Assembly: GCA_002633005.1 (NCBI GenBank)
Contig: NMRA01000695.1
Coordinates: 62,001-126,000 of the forward strand
Direction: 5' to 3'
Source of the DNA: Phoronis australis
Lineage: Eukaryota; Animalia; Phoronida
Length of the DNA: 64,000 nucleotides
In this document: positions 14,155 through 26,100 of the stretch, in pieces
Layout: every line of letters begins with the position of its first letter
Position numbering within the stretch: position 1 is the first letter of the stretch
Translations under genes and position numbers: made by a program
Notes under the pieces: generated by a model
Databases searched by the model: none
Told to the model about the DNA's origin: nothing
Seen by the model: the letters and a program-made list of their open reading frames with translations, nothing else

Positions 14155-17100
14155 ATGGCGAGGATACTTGTGCGAAGATGTGCCGCTGTACTCGGTCATT
14201 TTCGAGCCCCTGCATTGGTGGAAGCTAGGTGTTTTTCTGGAATGGATCCACAGACTACTTCGTTAGTACTTTAAATTTTATTCCCTGCACTGAGGGTAAA
14301 TAATGAACTCATAGCTTCAAGCGTTTTAAAGCTGCATTTAGTCGCCTGGTTTTATGGGTCATATCCTCATGTTTACGTTGTTGAATTCTAAAGCACTGAC
14401 TTTGATCTTTAAAAGCATGAGCACGCATTGTCGTCAAGCGAGCCGACAATGTACATGTACCTTTTTTAAATCCTCAATTTTTGGGCTGACCAACCCCATT
14501 AAATTTTTACCGCCAAGTGTCTTAAGTTTAACAGTGACCACCGTCTGGACTCTAAGCTCATGCAGTGGCACCAGTAGAGACGGTGAGCTTCATACGCTGG
14601 AAGTTTTTTGGCAAATTATGCCTTTGTTGTAGATGTGCTTCTGGTGAATCATATGAGCCTCTGTTAGCTACTCGCTTAGCTGAATGGTTAACACACTTGC
14701 CGGTTTTATGGAGATCGCTGGGTCGATCCCCGGGTCGGGTAATCTCGGCTATACAAATGACGTGGTTGGTGAACGGATGATCTACCGATGAAGGACTGTC
14801 AACTAGTTCTCGTGGACCTCAGGACGGCGTGCGTGGAAAGTTGCAGGAGTCGAGGACCTGTATGAGAGACTATGTGTATTCACCTGTGTTGTGGTGGTAA
14901 AGGTACCAAGGGACGTTGATGACCTGTATGTAAGACATCCTGGTGTTCACCTTCCTGGTGGCGTGCCTGCTCTGTAGGAAAGGGGGGAAATTTGTAGATG
15001 TGCTTCCGCTGAATCATATGAGCCGCTTTTAGCTACTGGCTACCAAGCAATTGCCTATTAGCTGAATGGTTAGCACGCTCGCTGATTTTATGGGGGTCGC
15101 TGGTTCGATTCCCAGGTCGGGTAATCTCGGCTATTACTACACCTCACTGATTAAAACATCAAAGTCACGTTGTACCTTTTGCGTATAGAGGGACACCTTA
15201 TAGGAGGCCATCGATATCTTTTTGAAGAATTAAAATTCATTCCAACAAATACTTCCGTAATCAAACCTTTTCTTCGAGCAGTCCTATGTTCAGTTGCCCA
15301 AATCAGCAGCTGACCATTTCTACATGTATGCATGCACTCTCCTATTTGTACTGCGCCCACCAGGAGAGCGTGCAGAGTTAAAAATGCCTAGTTGCCGATT
15401 TTGGCAACTGAATGGACTAACTCGAGGAAAAATTTTGATTGCATTTGTTCAAATGGGAAAGAATTAAAGACATAGTCGACGTCCTAGGTGGTCCTTCTAT
15501 GCACAAAAGATACGTATAAAGAATGTGAGTCTGATGTACGTTACTTGGTGTGAGGCATAATTCACTGAAAACCTTCCAGCGCATGAAGGGCCTATGGGAA
15601 GGCCACAGTCTCTTAACTTCTAAGTCAAGCCGGTGGCACTGTTTAAACAAAGTCTAAACACGTCAGTAACACCCATGAGAGGCCTCTACCACTCATTTAG
15701 TGTCGGAGGATAGTGAGCTGGTTCATGGTTATGAATACAGGAGTGTTGATGGATGACCTATGAGAGTAAAAGGCCTGCTTCATATCGTGTTGTGTCAGCT
15801 ATAAGCAGGGTCGTGAAATGCAGCTTTAAAGCCATTTTGGGTCAAAAGGTTCCCTTACTGCTTTTGTAGGAAGTTCAGTTACAATTGGCTTAAGAGCCTA
15901 AAAGGAGAGCATGCGAAACTTTGCTTATCTTTTCCATGTAACAGCAATATCGAAGTTATCTCACCGAATATTGAGTAGTGGGTTCCAAGGCTAACTGAAA
16001 ACTGTTCGCCTGCCATTTATGAGTGTTTATGAAAATGATAAGTGTCATTCTATGCTTTCTTTTATTTATTTACGTCTGTCTCAGCACGTTGGCTATGCTA
16101 CAATGACAAAGAACACATTTTGCAAGTTTTGCGTGATCGTATATTGTTGCCGCGACCTCTGTCGATAATTGACAAAGCTTCGCTTTGACTATTCTCACTA
16201 CATCGAAGTTTTGGTGAGTGCTTCAAAGCTTCGCTTTAAACTTCGGTAAAAGCAAAGTTTCGCCGCTAATAGGAAAGCAACTTGCTTTTTGTCTTCACCA
16301 AATTTATACTGCAAATTACCTAAACATCTTGGGTGCGGAGGGGAAAGAAAAGTTTAAGGATCAATAAAAAGTAAAGACCAGTGGCTATGAATCCCATGTA
16401 ATTATTGTTATACCTCTTAAGCCATTCTCACTTTTTGTATTTTCAAAGTTTATTTTTAAAACAACACATGGATCGACGAGCTCAAGATGAAAACTATCAA
16501 AGGTAATCTGCAAGAGTTTCTTCAGCTTTACCTAGTGTTTAACACAGTTTGCATGCGGTGTGTTGGCTGTCTGTATGCGGTAAAGGCTAGATGGTCTGCT
16601 CAAATACACTCTTTCCCTTTTTTACCAACTTAGATTCCTGAAATAGTTTCATCAATCAAGTCCGATCTTTAAAATAGGAATATTTTATAATTTCTAGCTC
16701 TTATGTATTTTGGAAATTCAAAAAGACTGAAGTTCAACTTTGGGGCAATTTTGTTGATGCACTACAGTTAGAAATCGAAAAATTCGAAAAATCCATAATT
16801 GATGATTATTTTACAAAGATTTGGTTTCGTGTTGAAAGAGCTTTGTTTGAGAATAAGTTTTAACTAGATTGTGTTTCAGTCAAATTGTGTAACTGAAACG
16901 AAATGGAAGGAGTATCGTTAATCTGTTTTAACTGCTGACTTGACCGTTTGACCGTTTACTTCTACACTTCTAGTCCAGGCATTGAACTTACTTTGAAGCC
17001 AACGTTGGACGTTATGTATGTAACGTGTCTGTACCATCACTCTTAGAATCTAATTATCGAAGACAATGCAAGAAATGTTAAAGGTCACGCAGGACCTTAT

Positions 17101-20100
17101 CAATAAGCCTGTGAATTTCGCCAAACTTCTACATAACCTTTGAACACGGTAAAAGTCGTTTTTATTTGGAAGTAGGAAGTTTGCTGAATTGGACTTTGAA
17201 TTTTACTATTTTGAGATGATTTCCTTTTTTTGGTTTCAATGTCCTCTTATTTGATTTCCAGTTAATTGCTTTTTTTGTCTCTTTCATCATTATTTTGACT
17301 TTTTTCTTGCAAAAACATTTATTTTGACAGTTAAAAATGTTCAACTCAAAATATACTTAAATCACACAAGCCTATTTATTTGTGGAATGATACATCACCT
17401 GGAAATTTTTCCTCTTCTTTGTCATTGTTCATTCCAAGTCCTAAATTTAGCAAAAAGGTACAATCTTACCAAAACCTTAGTATCGACAACGTGGCCAAAT
17501 TTTGCTCGATTCAAGTTAAACACAAATGAACAACTTAGGGTTACAAATTAAAACTCCAATAATCTTGTAAATGTTGATCAACATTCAGTTTTTGTCTGCT
17601 TGCATGTCTCAACGAACGTAATAAGAACTTTGTGCTCCTTATTTCGTATTTCCTATATTTTCACAAGTCCTTCCTAAGTGTTAACTATTGATTGTAAACA
17701 CGACCTTACTTTTGGAGAAGGGCCATAGGAGGCCAGTGGGCCTGTCAGCTTGACGGATTTTTAATACGATTTGGAATTGGCATCTTTCTATGGTCAGTAA
17801 AGTAACCTGATTGCGATATGAGGCGAGTGCATTGTATATCTGGTAAATGTCATCGAAAAGCAATCCAGAAATGAGGTCTGCTTTTGTGCAATTTTACCTG
17901 CTATTTGTCTCATACTTTTTTTAACAAGATATCAAAAGCTCGCAACCTTTTTCATATTCACTCAGTTGAACTGGCTTGAAAATGTCAATTCATCACTTGT
18001 TCAGTAAAAACATTGAAGCGACTTATAGGTATTTGTAATTTAAAGTTAGCTTTATATCGCTCTCTACTGTAGCTTCACCCAGCCCAGTAATGACTGCGGT
18101 CACTTCCAATGGAACACCAGGTGAAAGAAAAAACAGCCACAGTGGTGTCGCATGAAAATAACCATTTGTCTTCCACTAGGTGGCACTGTACTTCTTTGAA
18201 AAACTTAGTTTTACCGCTATTTTGACTTAATGTATTTGTTATTTTGTTTAATGAAACCTACTGTTTAAATGTGTGTTCAGATGCTGGAGATATCATTTTT
18301 TATCAATAATGATGCATTTTACACAAATTTCAAACATTTTGTCACTTTTCACCTAATTCATAGAACTTTGGCAAATTACACAAAAATGTACAGCTTTAAA
18401 CCCGAACACCTTTTTACATTTGAAAAGTAAACCTATGAATGTGGTAGAGGACATAAAGTTGCATGATGAAATCACAGAACCATTTTTAAAGTTCCTGCAG
18501 CTCAGCCCATTGATTATAAGGAGATAATTTTGCAATGAATTGAAGCCACATTCATTGCCAAAAGGCAATGCACTTGGAATAGTTTTGGGCTTGCAGAGAA
18601 AAATAATTGCAAAAATTGTGGCCACGTGACAGCTATGGTTTAGAACTAAATAGAATCATTTATTTGGTGCTACTTATGTTTTGTGAAAAAATGATAAAAT
18701 CACATATTGTTTTTATTGGTAGTGTCAAATATTACACGAGACTTGCATACTAAAAGAACACTATTGTTAGATAAAGTTTCTTCATAAGCCAATGCGTCAT
18801 CTACAGGGGTCACTTTGGGGCCATTATACTTCAAAAAATTTATTTCTTTTTACTTCAGATACCCAGTGCTTAATCTGAACTTAAAATATATACTTTTCGG
18901 CTAAGTTTTACTCTGAACTCCTGAAATTACATATATTAGTATACCGCATCTGTATAGGGATCCACAGTTGCTAGCCTTTATATAGTTAAGTGCATTTTTA
19001 GTAAGAATTCCAGGTAACTATGGCAACAGATTACCTTCATGCATGGAATCCATACACAGACAGGTGGCTATTGTGATCATCGGTCCTTGCATGTGTTTGC
19101 CCTCTACTTTTAGTTTAATGTACACCAACCTTGAAACACATCCATTTTGTTTCAATTAGTAATTTTGCATTCGTGCCACGTGTTTATCCATTCTGTTGGA
19201 TGTCTGCGTCTCACAGCTCTGTATCCTTATTGCCCGTATACACTACATATTTATGAGTTGACACGGTGCAGCCGACATGGAGAGAGGTGATACGGCGCAA
19301 CTAATTTAATAGAAGTTGACCCGGAACCAGTTGTCACGTGTTGTCAATTTTATCGTCGTATGTTGAGGTAGAGCAGCTTGCGCTTGATCGTCTTATTCCG
19401 ACTGGACCAAGTATACATCTAAACTAGGATCACGTTAGGTGCGTTTGTGCAATAGCTAGATACTGTTGCAATGTTCGCATCATTTCTATGCCTAACTTCC
19501 TTTGCCTTTATTTCAACCATGATTACCATGTTTATCTATCACAAAATATGTAAAAACTTGCATCGTTTTTCTTTCTCAACCTGAAGGGTAACTTTCGTCA
19601 TTTGAAACATTGAACCGGTGCAAACCACATTCTTGCTACAACTTCTGCCTTGTCACCATTTCCGAGTTGTCTCTTGACACTATCTGTACGTCTTTCGACG
19701 TGTCAGTTTACGTCATGTCACACTGGCAGTTAACATCTAAACGGGCTATAGTCAGAAATGCTTGTTCCAGGGTATAAGGATGTAATGCTTTGTGTTCATT
19801 GCCACCTGATTGGGTTATGGATGTTGTTTAATTTGTTGCTTTCTTACACAATTGTAGCATGTTGCTTGATATAAATAAGAGCGAGCAAGAAGAGGGAGAA
19901 AAAAGACATAGGTAATGGCTGCTCAAGTCTCAAAGCCCCATGCAGCGTCATCTTTGGAATCCATCGTTATGTTTTATGTTTTGGGGTGGAACCCCTTTTT
20001 GATATCATAATGGCAATTTGGGATTCCTTTAGACACGATTGAACCGTGCACTAAATGGAGTCTGTTGATTGCTTTAATGGAAAGATTCATTATTATTCCA

Positions 20101-23100
20101 CTTCAAAGTTTGCANATAATGACATTTATTTCGCTTTTGGTGTTTTCAAAAAAAGATGAAGTAGATGAAACTACAGCTCTGAAATACCAGTTTGGAGTTG
20201 AGCAAGGTCCGTGTCCCTATATATAGTACGGAATTGCAGTGGCACATGAGTCTACTGAAAGCAGACACTCTGGCAACCAAACACGTGCTAATGATTGACA
20301 GGTCTTCCAAATACTTTGAAAATAGTTTGAACATTGCAACATTTGAAATACATTGTATATTTCTTTCTGAGTTGAAAGAGCCAACTTCTCTCTTTGATTA
20401 AATGGGAGTCTTAGTAATCTTACAATGTGGGTGTCCAAACTGGAGAAATTCTGATTGACAGGGCGTCCAAATGATACATTGGGCGTCCTTGCCAGAATGT
20501 CCACATTGTCCAAATGGACGCCCAGGACGTACGCTGCATGAAGGCCTGCCGGAACCAGTTGTCACGTGTTGTCAATTTTATCATCGAATGTTGAGGTAGA
20601 GCAGCTTGTGTTTGATCGTCTTATTCCGACTGGACCAAGTATACATCTAAACTAGGACAAGGCTGATGGGATCACGTTATGTGCGTTTGTGCAATAGCGT
20701 AGATACTGGTGCAATGTCCGCGTCATTTCTATGCCTAACTTCCTTTGTCTTTATTTCAACCATTGCAGATTACCGTGTTTTTCTATCACAAAATATGTAA
20801 AAAGTTGCATCGTTTTTCTTTCTCAACCTGAAGTGTAACTTCCGTCATTTGAAACATTGAACCGGTGCAAACCACATTCTTGCCTACAACTTCTGCCTTG
20901 TCACCATTTCCGAGTTGTCACTTGACACTGACTGTCTTTCGATGTGTCAGTTTACGTCATGTCACACTGGCAGTTAACATCTAAACAGGCTATAGTCAGA
21001 AATGCTTGTTCCAGGGTATAAGGATGTAATGCTTTGTATTCATTGCCAACTGATTGGGTTATGGATGTTGTTTAATTTGTTGCTTTCTTACACAATTGTA
21101 GCATGTTGCTTGATATAAATAAGAGCGAGCAAGAAGAAGGAGAAAAAAGACATAGGTACTATGGCTGCTCAAGTCTCAAAGCCCCATGCAGCGTCATCTT
21201 TGGAATCCATCGTTATGTTTTATGTTTTGGGGTGGAACCCCTTTTTGATACGGCAATTTGGGATTCCTTTAGACACGATTGAACCGTGCACTAAATGGAG
21301 TCTGTTGATTGCTTTAATGGAAAGATTCATTATTATTCCACTTCAAAGTTTGCAATTTCTGCATTATGGCTGTGTGGGACTTTAAGATCAGTGTGTGTAT
21401 ATTTCAACACAACTTGTGCCATTGCTCTATTCCTGGCATTCTGTTCTTCGTAATGATTAAAGATTTGCTGCTTCGCAGTCAAGATCTTACATCAGCAGTG
21501 TACCTGGAATGGGTACGAAAGATAAGGCAAAAAGTTCTGGTCTCTTTTTTTGCAGTATTTTTAATTGCTCACTTTTGAAAAAGAAAATCTGCCTGAGACC
21601 AGTGGAAATGATGCAGGGTTCATTTTTTGCTCGTTGCTTGACAAATCGTGGCGTTTGTTCAGCTTTTTGAAAAAGCATGAGACTGACCAAAATTGACGCG
21701 GGCGGGTGGTTTTTATTTTTTGAAGTCTATGAGCGCAGATCTCAAAATGAGTCGGGTACAGATCTAATTCAATAATTTCCTTTTTGGCCTAATCAAGTTA
21801 ATGATAAATATCCGTTTCCCAGAATGAGGCTCCACCGCACTGGGCAGGCTTCACCCCCACTTGGGGTCATACCAAAGAGGGCAGCAGAGTTGACAGCACG
21901 TCCCTGTCGTGGCCTCACTGTGGAGAAGATCACACATTGCAGTAATGTCATAATATGCTCAAATCTTCCGTTCTCATCATATACAGTAATCAAAACCATG
22001 ATTAATTGCTTTCAACATCTAGACAGTACATTTGAAATTTGGAGCCTGTAAACAAGGTGATGGTATGATACTCGGGACGCCCTGTTTATCTCTGCATCAA
22101 TTTTGGTGACAAGGAATAAAAACTGCATGATGGTTGTGCTTGTTAATTGTTCAGCACTTGTATTCACAACTTCAACCAGTGGGTGAAATATTACTGTACT
22201 GTACCTGTTGTTCATAAAATCATGTTGTGCTCAGAAAGCTTCATTTAGTTCTCAATTGAAATTCCAATTCCCAACTTACGTTATAAGCAACTGGTGGATT
22301 TTGTCAAAAAATCTTAGTTTTAGTCTTCAGCCCTTCTCATTTTCAAATCTGAGCTCAAAAAAACTCTGGCTCACCTTAGTTTCAACCATTGTCATGTTTT
22401 CTTTGACAAGCTGTACACAGAGGTACTGAAACAAGGGTGAGCAAGATTTGAACTGCTGTGAATAGCCAAGAGATAAGTGAAAAACAAATCCCACATAACT
22501 TTGCTTATCTTGGGTGGTTTTCCTTTTTTGAAAAAGTGAGCACCTAAAAAGAAATACTGTACCACCGAATCAATTTTCAAAAAATATTCTTTTTTGACCT
22601 TTATTTGCTTCGTATGCCTTATATTTTCTATAAAAAATGCCATCATTCCCAAATGTTTTTAAGGCATCACATGAAATGCAATGACATTGCAACTAAGACA
22701 AGTTTAAAATTCCAATTGCTCATCAATGGGTATTTCCCCCTAAATTAACAGGCTTTGCTTTGCTTGGTAATGAAAGTTATCTTGCTATGCAATATAGCTT
22801 TTATCTTTGATTTTGTCCAATGTTCTTGTTGATCTTTAAGTATGCATATGTCTGAATTGTCAAGCAAAACGCATACCTTGGTATGCCCGTATTGTCTCTA
22901 ACTCTCACTATGTAATATCTTCTCGGTATTGTTGTAAATGATAAAGCAACCCTGATAACTTCATGATACCTCGTGTGCACACTATTGGTGTTAGTAGAAA
23001 ATTTCAAAGCTGGAATTTAACTATTTTGCAAAAAAATATCTCTTGTTTGTAAAATACCCATGAATACCTTCTCTACAGTGGAATTCTTTCGCAACGAGTT

Positions 23101-26100
23101 CAAGTAAATGATGTCAGACTGCACTATGAAATCACAGGGACGGGTGACCACACAGTACTACTGCTACCGGGTGCCTTAGGTAAGAAACCATACTACCATC
23201 TTCCTACTGCATAGCACTAATCAACCCACTGTTTTTGTGCGTGTGTTGCATTTTTATCATGTTACAGTATTTTACAAAACAAATTAATTTGCAATTTTAT
23301 TCCATAATTAATCAGTTTTGTAATGCAGTAGATTATGAATTGCAGGAAATAGTGTTATAAAGCTGTTGTTTCTCATGGAGCTACTAGTAACTAATTCCCC
23401 AACCCAACAAGATTTCTTTTTTTGTAGCATGCATGGTCACTCTAAATGCTTGAGTTCGTTTGGTTAAAATGACTAAAACATTTTAGATCTGAAATCGTCT
23501 GTAAAAATATTGCAGCGTGTTGGTAAAAAGAAAACAAAGTTTATTGTAATTAAGTTTTCAACTTACAATGGGTTTTCATCACCATGGTGACATGTATAGC
23601 GACACAACTTCCAGAAAACTGTAAATGTCTAAAATTCAGAATATCACAAAATTAATTGTAGGCCCTGGGCCACAGTAGGCTTATAAAACCACTTCTGCAA
23701 CCACTTGGGAGGAGTTTTTCTTGTTGTTGTTGAAATCACAAATCATTGTCTTCATGTCTTAACTTTCATATTCACTTGAAATTAGACTTCTAAATCTGGC
23801 TAATTCTGCAAATTGGATATGTTGGACAAGATCACATTCAGGCACAATGCAATTAGATGTCCATAAGGAATGATTTTGCAAATAGCATTTCGATAGGTTG
23901 TATCAACTTTCAAAAACAGATGCAGTTTTTTATTTTCATCACATTAAGTGCTAATGCAAAATTTCAGGTGGTGAACTTTGGAACTACCACTCCAAACATT
24001 GTTATGGAACTTGTTTATCTAAAAAGTCTTTCAGAATTGTAGTTGGATTTTCCAAAAACTGACAAGATGGTGATCAAGATAATTTGAACTAGTGATCTTT
24101 TATTGAAAATATTTTAACAGTTTGCCTACAACAATTCAACATTTATGTCATTTGGTAAACTGAGTATTTTATAAGGCAAGTGAAAAATTATTTTTTTAAC
24201 TTTTCTATCAAATAAGACAAGGACTGACACCTGTAGTTTGATTTATCCAAAAAGCAAAATCATATTTTAAATGTTTTGATTGATTGCAGTGCCAACTTTA
24301 AATGAAAAAGGACCTTGTTCCTAAATCTTCAATTTCTTTATTCTCCCGTCTGGTTCTTAGACGATACACCCCCAGTTTGTCTCTATGTTCCATCGCCAGC
24401 CATGAACCCTTGGCTCGGTGTCCGCGGAAACCAGTTTTCCCTGCCTAATAATCTCTACATAATTTCTGCATGGCTGCTAGGTGTCCATCACATGGGCAAA
24501 AACAACACTTTTAATGGGGGGGGTGGTTAATTGAAATGAGTGGTTTGCTGCCAACACTTTTCAATGAACAGGGGGAAAGCAACGTACTCGAATAGAGCTC
24601 ATCATAAATGTGAATGAGAGGCATGACCTCGCTATGACCCCATCGGCTGAACTGAGTATTTTTATTCACAGTTGAAAGACAGAAATCCATCTTGTTTTGT
24701 CTTTGACACTGAGATTTTGGCTCTTTTTTAGATAAGGTGATAGATTAACTTGATGACTTTGTGTACTTGAGACTGAGATGGCTGTCACTGTGATCTCGTT
24801 GAATATTTGCCATACATCAATAGCTTCTTACTTAAAGTTTATGCTAAAGGGTTTAATAGATCACTAAAACGAACTCCTGGCCCTAAAGTTTAAAGAAAAC
24901 TTAGAATGACACCTAAATTATTATGGAACCAGTTTGTGCTGAACTGAAGCATTGGAAAGGTTGAACATCGGGGACACAGGAATTTAGTGCCGGGAGAACT
25001 TTGGGATGGGAGAACGTGAAGATGGGACATTTGGCTTGGAAAACATCAGTAACAGGCCAGGAACATCAGTTGGGGAATTGTGGGTGGGGAGAATAGAGTT
25101 ACTGGGAAAACTTCAGTAACAGACCAGGAAGAGGGGAACCGTGGGTGAGGATAATAGAGGTACTGGGAAATCAGTAACAGGCCAGGAACATCAGGGAATT
25201 GTGGGTGAGGAGAATAGAGGTACTTCTTATTGTATTTCTTGTTCATGGTAATTTTTAGGGTGCTCCACGACAGACTTCCGGCCACAGTTAACAGACCTGG
25301 ACAAGGATCAGTTCACAATCATATGTTGGGATCCACGAGGTTTTGGCAAGAGCATTCCTCCTGAGCGTGACTGGCCGCTCATGTTTTATCACCGCGATGC
25401 TGAGGATGCAGTAACTCTAATGAAGGTGCCATGAAATGTTGTATTTTTACTTAGCTTTCACGAAAGGAGTGCTTTGTGGGTGAGCCTTATCTGTTGGTTC
25501 CATGTTGTTAACTCGTATTCTTCAGGAACAGTTTGCTAATGCTGCACTAAATCTCTGTTTTGAGTACTGTTAATCGTCTGCCACGCTTCCTGCACCGCCA
25601 AAATACGATCTACCATATCATGTTATTTCAATTTTCAATGACTAATAAATTTGTTGTTTTGCAAGAGTATTGAAAAAATATTTCCCAAAAATTCCAAATA
25701 CAGTTTTTAGGCTGCGGAACATTAGCAAAAGTTTGGGCCCGTTTTGGGAGAATCTGATGTATCTGATATGGGCAACTGTATTCTTTACTGAGAGTCTGGA
25801 ATAAAGTTTGATTGTATGTTATTCTGTTCATGTGTGACTGCACTAAATTTAGGTGTTGCGTCTCGACATTTTGTAGACAATTGGCAAAGACAGGTTCTCT
25901 ATGCTTGGCTTTAGTGATGGCGGTAACACGGCTATGATTATTGCTAGCAAATATCCTGAACTCATCAAGAAGATGGTTGTTTGGGGATCCAATGCATATG
26001 TTACAAAAACAGACACTGTTCTTTTTGAGAGTGAGTATTAAATATTGACCTTACACGACTATTGCTGGATAGTGATTATGTTTTCTGTTCAACTACACCT

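Larger units (their letters stand above)
14330..15825. mobile_element. Kolobok-like non-autonomous element (outer shell of a nested cluster)
   Basis: TTAA-agctgcattt ... aaatgcagct-TTAA; a TTAA TSD with RR..YY termini is the Kolobok signature. A similar left end occurs at ~867. Confidence 0.6.

Noticed and set aside
15050-15125. Functional tRNA gene
   Set aside because: A and B boxes are present but acceptor and anticodon stems do not pair well; it lies inside an LTR.
19320-21354. LTR pair or true segmental duplication
   Set aside because: No TG..CA ends, PBS or PPT; the first copy terminates at N20115.
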